From Macrostomum lignano (lineage: Eukaryota): 38,427 nt of DNA. Positions 19,312 through 31,290 of the stretch are shown one piece after another (within the stretch, counting starts at the first letter, position 1; the number at the start of each line of letters is the position of its first letter). The translations under genes were made by a program, and so were the position numbers. The stretch is taken from assembly GCA_002269645.1 (NCBI GenBank), contig NIVC01004674.1, forward strand, positions 1-38,427. Reading direction: 5' to 3'. The notes beneath the pieces were generated by a model. It was not told the origin of the DNA, made no database searches, and saw nothing but the letters and a program-made list of their open reading frames with translations.

Positions 19312-21297
19312 CTTCTATAGCAAAAATGCTGAAATATAAAGAGCTCGAGCCGCAACTGAGTTTATTGCAGTGCTCAGTTGGTTGGTGAAGCGACTTTAAG
19401 TTTCAGAGAAATCGGAGGCAGTTTGAAAAATAGGCGTAACACTTTCTGATAGTTAAACGCAATCTGTAGTACTTAATTTAGTATATATTTCATTAGGCTA
19501 GTTTCAGTATATAAAACATGCATTGAATTCTAACTAAAAAGCATTGTCTAGTCATTACCTTTGTGTAAATAAATAAGACGATATTTAAAAGCATAGACTT
19601 GATAATTAATTTTCGTGGCAGAAAGTCTAAACAAACCATATTTAGTAGTACATGGATTTGAGATTTAGTTATATAGATAGAAGAAGACAGACAGACCTTA
19701 GAGATTTAGTATAGTGTGATGATCACCTTTTTCGTCCGTGGCGCTCAAAGTTAAACTAGGCTAGGGGTCATCTAGCAGATGTCGAGGTCCAAGTCCGACA
19801 AAATTTCATGTTGTATTTTTTTACTTGCTTTGTTTACTTTGTGAATAACAGGCTTATTTTATATCCATATTAAAAATGGTTTGTCTTGTCGGTAAGTAGG
19901 TATCTCTCTTATCTATCTATCTATTGGTGTGAACGATTTCGGAAAACGCTACTCAAACGATTTTTATGAGAGATGAGGCTTGCACTGTTCGATCAGAAAT
20001 TTTCTGGTGACAGTACACCTGTCGTGGCTAAGAAATTGCTCAATGCTAAATCATTGGGTGCGATGGGTGGTACAGTTGCAAATTGGGGCAGTAGCTAATG
20101 GGCCCAATTAATTAAGATTCATTTGGCAAAGATAATATAAAATATAAAAATATATTTATATTTATACCAATTGTTAGTGAGTCAAGTATTTAAAAAAAGT
20201 TTTTAATGCCCAGCCCACCATTTTTAATGGTGGGTTAATTTGAATACCCACCATTGGGGCTTATTGTTGTAGTATGCTCATGTAAACTTAACAATACCAA
20301 AAAGTTGCCATCTCAGGTTCTGTCTGTGGTTGCCTTTTTTAAAAGTGCAAATAAAGCCTCTTGTTGGACTTTGACTGACTTTGATCTTTTATGGACTGTG
20401 GGCTTGGGGGTCAGTGCTTGGGGTAGGTTATTTTCTGGTGAGGGTTTGCATATTTTATGTATATTGTTGCTCATTCTCTATTCTACCCATTATGCATGTC
20501 TTATCTCTGTCACCTATCTGGACCGAATGCTATGTTGCAATGCTTATTAAAATGTGTTTCTAATCAAAGGTTGACTTCAATAGACTTTTGTCACTACTTG
20601 AGAGCTAAAGCTATCGACTTTCACCTCTCTTCTTTGCAAGTAACATAACTTGCTATGCCACTGCAGGTTTGAGTTGAGGAATGAAGTGGGAGAGGGGTGC
20701 AGTATGTAAAGGTTTTATTGGATAGATTAAGGCTACCCAATTAGTTTTCTGGTATCTTTTATTTTAGAACAAAAATTGGACTAAAGAACACTGATACATA
20801 GAATGGCAACTTTTCAATGTTGCTAAATATAAATAAAATTTTAAAATAATGAAAAAATTGGTTTGAAAGTGGGTCAAATATTCAAAAAATGATTTTTCAT
20901 ACTTTCAATGTTTAAATTTTGAATTTGAATACCCCCATGGGGCTTCAAGTGCTAGTTAATGCTAATTTTGGCCTTCGTAATAAACCTTTGTTTATTGGAA
21001 ATTATATTAATAACCAAATGTTTAGTGGCAAGAAATAGACATTTGTAGGAGTTTTATTTATTTTTTTTTTCAAAATTGGCATATTTCAAAATTAGTAGAT
21101 TTTATTTTATTAAAATAATAGTTTATTCATATGCCCTGCCACTATTAGGGATATGAACTATTGCTATCATTATATAGTATTCAATTGTAGTTAAAAGTCA
21201 TTTCTATTCAATTCATTTCTCAGTCAATCAACAAAACTTGCAGCAGCCTCAGCAGCCAGGCGGCCTACCCACAGCTCTCCAGTGCCCCTAGCCAGAA

Positions 21298-21858
21298 ATG
21301 CCAGTCTTCATAGTCATGGGCCCATCTGGCTGTGGCAAGACCTCAATAGCCGCAGCCATGGCCAGCCACTTCCGTCTGCCATACGCCGAGGCAGACGACT
21401 TTCACAGCGAGGCCAGCCAGTCGAAGATGAGGCGCGGCGAGCCGCTGACAGATGCAGATCGGCTGCCCTGGCTGCTGGAGCTGCACAGGCGGGTGGCTGA
21501 TTGGCTGGCTGCTGGCCAGGATGCTGTGATCACCTGCTCGGCACTGAAGCGCTCCTACCGACGCCTGCTGATGACGGGCCGCACCGATGAGGCGTCGGCA
21601 GTGTCAACAGACGCTGATGCCTCTGCTGTGCTGTTCATTCACCTGGCCGTGCCGCGGGAGACTCTGCTGGCCCGGGTGGCGGCCAGGCGGGGCCATTTCT
21701 TCCCAGCTGGCCTGGTGGAGTCGCAGCTGGCCTGTCTGGAGCCGCCAGACCCGGCCGAGGAGCCAGCGGTGCTGGTTGACGCTGACAGGCCCGAGCCTGC
21801 CGTGCTGCAGGCTGTGATTGGCGCCGTGGCTCAGAGGCTGCAGCCGCACCGGTTTTAG
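21298..21858 (+). CDS. IDNK: Gluconokinase, 186 aa, single coding exon
   Basis: P-loop GPSGCGKT, DDFH, M..G.PLTDADR.PWL, CSALKRSYR, R.GHFFP..LV.SQL..LEPP. Upstream acceptor ttcatttctcag near 21223. Confidence 0.95.
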   Translation: MPVFIVMGPSGCGKTSIAAAMASHFRLPYAEADDFHSEASQSKMRRGEPLTDADRLPWLLELHRRVADWLAAGQDAVITCSALKRSYRRLLMTGRTDEASAVSTDADASAVLFIHLAVPRETLLARVAARRGHFFPAGLVESQLACLEPPDPAEEPAVLVDADRPEPAVLQAVIGAVAQRLQPHRF

Positions 21859-21936
21859 CAAAGGAGTCCGTGTCTTTGAAAGTATTGCTTCCTTTATTTG
21901 CATTTGCACTGACGGCAATATTTAATTACTGTTAAA

Positions 21937-22550
21937 GTAGCTCAGCAGTTGAGTAGCTCAGGGTAGCTCAGCAGTTGAGTAGCTCAGAGTAGCTCAGCAG
22001 TTGAGTAGCTCAGCGGTAGAGTAGCTTAGCAGTTAAGTAGCTCAGCAGTTGAGTAGCTTAGCAGTTAAGTAGCTCAGCAGTTGAGTAGCTCAGCAGTTAA
22101 TTAGCTCAGCAGTTGAGTAGCTCAGCAGTTGAGTAGCTCAGCAGTTGAGTAGCTCAGCAGTTGAGTAGCTTAGCAGTTAAGTAGCTCAGCAGTTGAGTAG
22201 CTCAGCAGTTAATTAGCTCAGCAGTTGAGTAGCTCAGCAGTTGAGTAGCTCAGCAGTTGAGTAGCTTAGCAGTTAAGTAGCTCAGCAGTTGAGTAGCTCA
22301 GCAGTTAATTAGCTCAGCAGTTGAGTAGCTCAGCAGTTGAGTAGCTCAGCGGTAGCTCAGCAGTCGAGTAGCTCAGCGGTAGCTCAGCAGTTGAGTAGCT
22401 CAGCAGTTGAGTAGCTCAGCGGTAGCTCAGCAGTTAAGTAGCTCAGCAGTTGAGTAGCTCAGCAGTCGAGTAGCTCAGTAGTAGAGTAGCTCAGCAGTTG
22501 ACTAGCTCAGCAGTTAATTAGCTCAGCAGTTGAGTAGCTCAGCGGTAGAG
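21937..22550 (+). repeat. 16-bp minisatellite (AGTAGCTCAGCAGTTG)n resembling the tRNA D-arm/A-box
   Basis: ~38 copies; variants GTAGCTCAGCGGTAGAG read as a tRNA D-arm. Confidence 0.93.
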
Positions 22551-22620
22551 TAGCTCAACGGCTAACCTATCTGTCTTTCTCACCAAAGTAGTCGGGGGTT
22601 CGATTCCAAGAGCGGTCACT
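22550..22620 (+). mobile_element. tRNA-like Pol III head (probable tRNA-derived SINE 5' end or tRNA pseudogene)
   Basis: A-box-like TAGCTCAACGG at 22551 and B-box GGTTCGATTCC at 22597-22607, with tRNA-like spacing. No convincing anticodon or acceptor stem. Confidence 0.6.
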
Positions 22621-23048
22621 TCACTAGTTTTTGAAATTTGCAGAAAAATAAGCCCGTGGCTTGTACGATTTATGTAATAGCTTACGCATTCTTGCTTGCT
22701 ACTGAAAGTAGAGACAACTGTTATGCATTTTAGATCTACCATTTAAAAAGTATTCATCACACTTGAATCCGTAGGGGCTTATGCGTACCTTAAGCTTTTA
22801 ATTGAAAACATAATGCTTAGAAAATCATGATTTTTTTATCTGAGAGGCTCTTTCAGAGGAACTTTCGAATTTTCAAAGTGACTAAATCCTAGCGCGTTAG
22901 CCTCCTGCTAGATGCTTTATAATATTGTGCAATTGCTAGTTTTTGATGCGTCATTTTTCACTACTTTCAGTACGAATAAGAGAATTTTATAACCGTTTTT
23001 ATGTCTCTTGTCATTTCTTTAAAATGAAATCGTTTAGACTGTTAAAAG

Positions 23049-24355
23049 CACTGGCTTCCCTCCAATCTGCGCTCACCCATCAATGTACACACTAGCTTCC
23101 CTCCAATCTGCGCCCACCCCTCAATGTACACACTGGCTTCCCTCCAATCTGTGCCCACCCCTCAATGTACACACTAGCTTCCCTCCAATCTGCGCCCACC
23201 CCTCAATGTACACACTGGCTTCCCTCCAATATGTGCCCACCCCTCAATTTAAACACTAGCTTCCCTCTAATCTGCGCCCACCCCTCAATGTACACACTGG
23301 CTTCCCTCCAATATGTGCCCACCCCTCAATTTAAACACTAGCTTCCCTCTAATCTGCGCCCACCCCTCAATGTACACACTGGCTTCCCTCCAATCTGTGC
23401 CTACCCCTCAATGTACACACTGGCTTCCCTCCAATCTGCGCCCACCCCTCAATGTATACACTGGCTTCCCTCCAATCTGCGCCCACCCCTCAATGTACAC
23501 ACTGGCTTCCCTCCAATATGTGCCCACCCCTCAATTTAAACACTAGCTTCCCTCTAATCTGCGCCCACCCCTCAATGTACACACTGGCTTCTCTCCAATA
23601 TGTGCCCACCCCTCAATTTAAACACTAGCTTCCCTCTAATCTGCGCCCACCCCTCAATGTACACACTGGCTTCCCTCCAATCTGTGCCTACCCCTCAATG
23701 TACACACTGGCTTCCCTCCAATCTGCGCCCACCCCTCAATGTATACACTGGCTTCCCTCCAATCTGCGCCCACCCCTCAATGTACACACTGGCTTCCCTC
23801 CAATATGTGCCCACCCCTCAATTTAAACACTAGCTTCCCTCTAATCTGCGCCCACCCCTCAATGTACACACTGGCTTCTCTCCAATATGTGCCCACCCTC
23901 AATTTAAACACTAGCTTCCCTCTAATCTGCGCCCACCCCTCAATGTACACACTGGCTTCCCTCCAATCTGTGCCTACCCCTCAATGTACACACTGGCTTC
24001 CCTCCAATCTGCGCCCACCCCTCAATGTATACACTGGCTTCCCTCCAATCTGTGCCCACCCCTCAATGTACACACTGGCTTCCCTCCAATCTGTGCCCAC
24101 CCCTCGATGTACACACTGGCTTCACTGGCTGTGCCCACCCCTCAATGTACACACTGGCTTCCCTCCAATCTGTGCCCACCCCTCAATGTACACACTGGCT
24201 TCCCTCCAATCTGTGCCCACCCCTCAATGTACACACTGGCTTCCCTCCAATCTGTGCCCACCCCTCAATGTACACACTGGCTTCCCTCCAATCTGTGCCC
24301 ACCCCTCAATGTACACACTAGCTTCCCTCCAATCTGTGCCCACCCCTCAATGTAC
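23049..24355 (+). repeat. 41-bp minisatellite with a 287-bp (7-unit) higher-order duplication
   Basis: Unit CACTGGCTTCCCTCCAATCTGTGCCCACCCCTCAATGTACA; identical ORF translations start at 23313 and 23600. Confidence 0.96.
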
Positions 24356-24914
24356 AGTCTTGCCCATCTAACACAGCCGAATTTAAATCCGATGGACCCT
24401 CTTATCCGCACTTACACAGCCCACATATCTGTAATTCATAGCGACAGAGAGATTTATCTCACAAACAGTCAAGCATTCCAATGCCAAGGCAAAGGATCAT
24501 GCAGACATGCAATGCGGGCGCCCTCAAAGACTATGGCACAGGGTTGCTCAAATTCATTTGGCCATCAACAATCACGCCTGTCCCGCCCTACTTGTTGTTT
24601 GTCCTAATCCCTTTAAACGGCCTTGTACTTTATGGAAATCGGCTCAAGTCAGATTGTATTGCACTCAGTTTTAATCAAATCTTGCTCATATCTTTGTGAC
24701 GCGATGCTTTGAGAGAAAAAGCAATAAATTTGAAATTCTAGAAGTGGCTACATTTGCTAATCGCATTGGCTCCATTTCTAGCTGCTTTTTTATGGATTGC
24801 CTCTGTTCTTGATTTTCAAGTGGCAATGCACTTTCCCTGCTGTAGTGGCGTTTTTGCATCTCTGAGATAATCACTGAGTGTAGAGTGATGCGCTCTCCAG
24901 CTGAGTACTGATTT

Positions 24915-25135
24915 TTCACTCTCAGACTGCCTTTCACTCTGTTCACTCTCAGACTCTGCCTTTCACTCTGCTCACTCTCAGACATTGTCTTTCACTCTGC
25001 TCACTCCTCACTCCTCACTCTGCTCACTCAGGCTGAGGCTGCAGACTCTGCCTTTCACTCTGCTCACTCTCAGACTCTGCCTTTCACTCTGCTCACTCTC
25101 AGACTCTGCCTTAATTCACTCTGCTGCTTTCACTC
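24915..25135 (+). repeat. 29-bp pyrimidine-rich minisatellite
   Basis: Unit CTTTCACTCTGCTCACTCTCAGACTCTGC, ~7 diverged copies. Confidence 0.88.
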
Positions 25136-25509
25136 TTCTTTCACAGAGATTCCCAATTCCCAGAATAAACTTTCTCTCCGACTCACCAATCTCACTGACT
25201 AACATTCTAGAAACCTACTACCCGCTCTAGCCCCGATTTTGACATTTTTTCCAGCCTTTGGCAGCCAGCCCGGACCGCGCAAGGCGTTACAGTAACAGCA
25301 GCAGCAGTAGCAGCGGCAGCAACAGCAGCACCAGAGCGGCCCTGCTGCCATCGCGCTTGCAGTCCCGGGAGCCGCCTCAGCCTGCAGCAGCAGCAGCAGC
25401 AGAATCCGCCACCGCACAGTCCGCCGCCCCCAGCCTCACCGAGTCGGCGGAAATCCCGGAGGAAGCCGGCCAAAGCTCGGCGGCCGTCACGGAGCCTCCA
25501 GCCGCCGAC

Positions 25510-25773
25510 ATGCGGTTGTCATCCGCCTGCCGCTCCGCCTGCTGCTGCTGCGGCCTCGGCCGGCGGGCCCGCCATCGTTTGGCTGGCGGTGCCGACTTTG
25601 TCCGGCGACACCTGGCCTTCGCCCTGGCCCCGGCCGCCTGCCTGCTGGCCGTGGAATCCGGCGGGCTCGTAGCCTTCGCAGTGCTGCTGCTGGGAGCGCT
25701 GCTGGGCCTCCTCAGCCTCGAGGCCTACCTGGTCTACTGCAGGAATGAGCCTCCCGAGTCCAGGTGTGACAGA

Positions 25774-25824
<51 letters not shown>

Positions 25825-25831
25825 GGCAGGC

Positions 25832-25911
<80 letters not shown>

Positions 25912-27624
25912 TCTAAGACAGACACTATGACAGACACTATGACGGACACTAAGACAGACACTAAGACATCACTAAGACACTATGACTCTAATACAAACAC
26001 TATGACAGACAGACAGACACTAAGACAGACCTGTCCCCCCCCCAGGTACTTCGTGGACCACCCGTCCCGCTATGGGCTGCCGTCCCAGACGGTGTTTCTG
26101 GACAGCGGGCGGGGGGCGCGGCTGCACTGCTACTTCATCAAGCAGCCGGGCGACTCTACCCGCCTGCCCACGCTGCTCTTCCTGCACGGCAACGCGGGCA
26201 ACATCGGGCACCGCCTGCCCAACGCGGCGCTGCTGTTCCACCAGTGCCGGGTGAACCTCTTCCTGCTGGAGTACCGCGGCTACGGCATCAGCACCGGGGC
26301 TCCCTCCGGGACCGGCCTGTACGCCGACGCCGCCGCAGCGCTGCAGCACCTGAGCCGGCGCTCCGACATCGACCCGCAGCGCGTGCTGCTGTTTGGCCGG
26401 TCCCTCGGTGGCGCGGTGGCCATCGAGCTTGCAGCCCGGCCGGAGACCGCCGCCCTGCTCAGCGGCCTGGTGCTGGAGAACACCTTCACCAGCCTGCCCG
26501 AGGCCGCCAGCGTGCTGTTCAGGCTGCCGCTGCTCAGCTCCCTGCCCGGCCTGGTCATGACCAACAGGTAAGCCTTGTCCCTACAGATCCCATCTTTACA
26601 GATCCCATCCCTAAAATCCCATTCCTACAATCCCAACCCTTCAATCCCATCCCTACAGATCCCATCCTTACAGATCCAATCCCTACAGATCCCATCTCTA
26701 CAGATCCCATCCCTACAGATCCCATCTACAGATCCCATCCCTACAGATCCCATCCCTACAGATCCCATCTCTACAGATCCCATCCCTACAGATCCCATCT
26801 CTACAGATCCCATCCCTACAGATCCCATCCCTACAGATCTTATCCCTACAGATCCCATCTCTACAGATCCCATCTCTACAGATCTCATTCCTACAGATCC
26901 CATCCGTACAGATCCCATCTCTACAGATCCTATCCCTACAGATCCCATCCCTACAATCCCATCTCTACAGATCCCACCTCTACAGATCCCATCCCTACAA
27001 TTCCATCCCTACAGATCCCATCCCTGCAGATCCCAATCCTAAAGATCCCACCTCTACAGATCTTATCCCTACAGATCCCATCTCTACAGATCTTATCCCT
27101 ACAGATCCCATCTCTACAAATCCCATCTCAACAATCCCATCTTCCGTCCTAAAAAATCCCACCGAAACATTCCACCAGGTTGAAATATCCCACTCCTACT
27201 TGTGCTACATCTAGAGCTCAATCAACTCCCCATCCTCAGGTTCAACTCCCGTGCCAAAATGCCGTCTATCCGCGTGCCGACGCTGTTCATCAGCGGGCTG
27301 CGGGACACCCTGATCCCGCCCGCCATGTCCGCCTGCCTGCACAGCCTCTGCGGCTCCGGCGTCCGCCGCCTGGAGACCTTCGAGTCCGGGGAGCACAACA
27401 CCACCTGGCAGTGCGCCGGCTACTTCCAGCGCCTCGCCGGCTTCCTGCACTTCGCCTCCGAGATGGCGCCGCAGCGCGAGGACTGGCACGCCGGCCAGCA
27501 CTCCGAGGACGAGGAAGACCAGTCGGCGGGCGCCGCTGCCGCTGCCGCCTCAGCCACCTCCGCTGCTGGCGGAGCTTCCGCCGGAACCACCGCAGATGAC
27601 ATTCCGACAATTACTGTGCTGTGA
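25510..27624 (+). CDS. ABHD13: Alpha/beta hydrolase domain-containing protein 13, ~386 aa from ATG 25510, 3 exons
   Basis: Exons 25510-25763, 26046-26567, 27240-27624 (phase 2, 2). N-terminal TM segment; LHGNAGNIGHRLPNA; EYRGYG; nucleophile GRSLGG; LENTF; FISGLRD; EHNTTWQC. The frame is open upstream to an acceptor at 25255, so the true start may lie further 5'. Confidence 0.93.
25768..25910 (+). repeat. (CAGA)n microsatellite in ABHD13 intron 1, degenerate to ~26030
   Basis: ~35 CAGA units. Confidence 0.97.
26580..27130 (+). repeat. 15-bp minisatellite (CAGATCCCATCCCTA)n in ABHD13 intron 2
   Basis: ~35 copies. Confidence 0.95.
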
Positions 27625-27689
27625 CTCTGTGCGGAACTGCGCTGCTGCTGTTAGGGATAGCAGGTCACCTGGGCAAGAGGATATTTATC

Positions 27690-27900
27690 CCTTAGACTGG
27701 GATATTAACCCCTTAGACATGGGATATTTATCCCTTTGACATGGGATATTTATCCCTTTGACATGGGATATTTAACACTTTGACATGGGATATTTATTCC
27801 TTAGACATGGGATATTTATCCCTTTGAAATGGGATATTTATCCCTTAGACATAGGATATTTATCCCTTAGACATGGGATATTTATCAGTTAGACATGGCG
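27690..27900. repeat. 22-bp minisatellite with internal palindrome GGGATA-TT-TATCCC
   Basis: Unit GGGATATTTATCCCTTAGACAT, ~9 copies just 3' of ABHD13. Confidence 0.92.
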
Positions 27901-28397
27901 ATATTTTTGGGCATGGGATATTCCAGGGGATATTTACCTGGACATGGGGATATTTACCTGGGCATGGCGATATTCACCTGAGCGTGGGGACATGCTTATT
28001 TGGGCACTGGGATGAAAGTTCACCCGAACGGCAGGCCGCGCGATCCCCTCCCTCATCTCTCTTATCCTGGCAGCGAGATTCCCTGCTTTTTGTTTCCCAT
28101 CCCGAGTTCGTGCCTTCATTTATCAAGTGTAGAGTAGAGCAAATATGATGAATTTATGATCCTCTTGATGGCTTGCGACGCGACCTTCGGTGTTCCTTTG
28201 TCCCGGCACTGTGTGTATTTTATGCTTGTCTGCTGCTTGTTTTTAGTAGCAATTTTCAAATTGCTGCTGTATGAGAATATGTCATAGCCTGCAGTGCCGC
28301 ACTGCCCGTCTCATCTATATTGGCCCCCGCTCTGTCACGCAACGCCACTCTTGCAGCTTGTTTTTTGCTCGCTATCTCTGTTAATAAATGCAATACC

Positions 28398-28411
28398 GTT
28401 GCCATGGTAAC
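28398..28411. promoter_or_regulatory. RFX X-box-like motif GTTGCCATGGTAAC
   Basis: Matches the X-box consensus GTTNCCATGGNAAC; no target gene identified. Confidence 0.5.
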
Positions 28412-29002
28412 CGGATTCCACAGTAAGCGCTCCAATGATTTCTTTCTGCTCCACCAAACTAAAGCCGGGCGATCAAACCGCTCAGTGCAGTGCATTGCGG
28501 CTCAGCTGGTGTGCACCCCGCCCCGCCGCTGGCAGTGCGAAATACACGCCTCTGCGGGCTGCTCCTTTGTTTTTTCAAGATCGCACCAGACCGTACTGTT
28601 TAATGAATCTCTTTAGGGACGCGTTTTAATTATTCTTCATTTCCTTTGAGGATCCTGGCTGGGGGAGGGGGCTGGGAGAAGTCGCTGCTCTGGTGAGTTT
28701 CCGCTCCGAGCGGTCTTCTCAAGCTAATCAAGGCTGAGAAGTACTGCTCGGAGTAACGCGATTTTAATTCCATTGCAATTTTTCTGCGACTAAATATTAG
28801 AGCCATCGCTGCAGAGGAAGTCGAGCTCGATTTTGAGCTGTGCACACATCACCCCGGGACTCGCCTAGTAGAATGTGCATGCCTGAAGATGACAATTCCA
28901 GGGCCACTGAGTCCCTGTAAGAGTGCGTGTCTGCGTACGGCATCCGTGTGCGTTCCCAAAGGTCAGCGACTGCTGCCTGCGGACCGACTGGCGCCTTGGA
29001 AT

Positions 29003-29708
29003 TAATTGGACACCTGCTCCCCTGAACCTTAATTGGACACCTGCTCCCCTGAACCTTTATTAGACACCTGCTCCCCTGAATCTTTATTAGACACCTGCCC
29101 GCCTGAACCTTAATTGGATACTGCTTACCTGAACCTTAATTGGACACCTGCTTCCCTGGACCTTAGTTGGACACCCGCTCCCCTGAATCTTTATTGGACA
29201 CCTGCTCCCCTGAATCTTTATTGGACACCTGCTCCCCTGAACTTTAATTGGACACCTGCTCCCCTGAACCTTTATTGGACACCTGCTCCCCTGAATCTTT
29301 ATTGGACACCTGCTCCCCTGAACCTTAATTGGACACCTGCTCCCCTGAACCTTAGTTGGACACATGCTTTCCCTGAACCTTAATTGGACACATGCTTTCC
29401 CTGAACCTTAATTGGACACCTGCTCCCCTGAACCTTAGTTGGACACCTGTTCGTCTGAACCTTAGTTGGACACCTGTTCGTCTGAACCTTAGTTGGACAC
29501 CTGCTTTCCCTGAATCTTAATTGGACACCTGCTTCCCTGAACCTTAATTGGATACTGCTTACCTGAACCTTAATTGGACACCTGCTTCCCTGGACCTTAG
29601 TTGGACACCTGCTCCCCTGAACCTTAATTGGACACCTGTTCACCTGAAACTTAATTGGACACATGCTTTCCCTGAACCTTAATTGGACACCTGCTCCCCT
29701 GAACCTTA
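29003..29708 (+). repeat. 27-bp minisatellite (TTAATTGGACACCTGCTCCCCTGAACC)n
   Basis: ~26 copies. Confidence 0.96.
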
Positions 29709-30260
29709 AATGAGCGCACGAACTCAAAAGCTCACTTCTCATTTCGATGCCGCACCAGAAAAGCTTCGACCGCGAATTTAAAAAACTTGATAAAAGCGGC
29801 AGACAATAAAAAAAACTGATAAAAACCAATGTTTCATTTTTACCACACGGCTTTCAACTGAATGCCCGGGGCAGAGCGGGACGACAAAACGACGATGCAT
29901 TGAAAATAAACAAAGAAAATTCTCAACCTGAACAGAGTAAAATACGGGAGATATGACGCTTAAATAAAATAATGGATTTCTATTCGGCAAAAATATGATT
30001 TCATTCTGGCTGCACCCAGGATTCAAACTGCCCAGTAAATATGCATTAACAATAATCCTCTACCAGCTTATGTACATGTGACATTACGCAAACATTGTGA
30101 CGGGCTTGGCGCTCAGCGTTGTTTATTATAAAGCAGTATAACAGCAGACAGAAGACAGGATTGAAGCTGCAATGCCCAATACGGTTAACTAGCAGTTGGT
30201 GCATGCAAATCCGCTTTGGTCATTGTGCGCCCAGTAGTGCGAATGGAGTATGGCTTCACT

Positions 30261-31290
30261 TGAGCTGTCTATGACCCAAACTGTATGAGTCAAGCTGTCT
30301 ATGACCCAAACTGTATGAGTCAAGCTGTCTATGACCCAAACTGTGAGTCAAGCTGTCTATGACCCAAACTGTATGAGTCAAGCGCTGTCTATGACCCAAA
30401 CTGTATGAGTCAAGCTGTCTATGACCCAAACTGTATGAGTCAAGCTGTCTATGACCCAAACTGTATGAGTCAAGCTGTCTATGACCCAAACTGTATGAGT
30501 CAAGCTGTCTATGACCCAAACTGTATGAGTCAAGCTGTCTATGACCCAAACTGTATGAGTCAAGCGCTGTCTATGACCCAAACTGTATGAGTCAATGAGT
30601 CAAGCGCTGTCTATGACCCAAACTGTATGAGTCAAGCTGTCTATGACCCAAACTGTGAGTCAAGCTGTCTATGACCCAAACTGTATGAGTCAAGCGCTGT
30701 CTATGACCCAAACTGTATGAGTCAAGCGCTGTCTATGACCCAAACTGTATGAGTCAAGCTGTCTATGACCCAAACTGTGAGTCAAGCTGTCTATGACCCA
30801 AACTGTATGAGTCAAGCTGCCTATGACCCAAACTGTGAGTCAAGCTGTCTATGACCCAAACTGTATGAGTCAAGCGCTGTCTATGACCCAAACTGTATGA
30901 GTCAAGCTGTCTATGACCCAAACTGTGAGTCAAGCTGTCTATGACCCAAACTGTATGAGTCAAGCGCTGTCTATGACCCAAACTGTATGAGTCAAGCGCT
31001 GTCTATGACCCAAACTGTATGAGTCAAGCGCTGTCTATGACCCAAACTGTATGAGTCAAGCTGTCTATGACCCAAACTGTATGAGTCAAGCTGTCTATGA
31101 TCCAAACTATGCAGGACTCAAATTGTCTATGACCGAAACTGTGTAGGACTCAAATTGTCTATGACCCAAACTATGCAGGACTCAAATTGTCTATGACCCA
31201 AACTGTGTAGTACTCAAATTGTCTATGACCCAAACTGTGTAGTACTCAAATTGTCTATGACCGAAACTGTGTAGTACTCAAACTGACGAC
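30261..31290 (+). repeat. 30-bp minisatellite (TGTCTATGACCCAAACTGTATGAGTCAAGC)n
   Basis: ~34 copies with 28- and 32-bp variants; diverges at the right end. Confidence 0.96.

Noticed and set aside
21298-21858. Intronless gluconokinase as a bacterial horizontal transfer
   Set aside because: Animals have IDNK orthologues, the codon style fits the host genes, and an upstream splice acceptor is present. A phylogeny would be needed to claim otherwise.
22550-22620. A functional tRNA gene
   Set aside because: No complete cloverleaf: the anticodon and acceptor stems do not pair.
14692-27610. Antisense and alternative-frame ORFs over GC-rich exons of WDR53, IDNK and ABHD13
   Set aside because: Shadow ORFs expected from high GC3; no domain signatures.
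28630-28845. 71-aa ORF on the - strand, and the open frame on + at ~28757-29005
   Set aside because: No recognisable motif, no consistent start or splice model.
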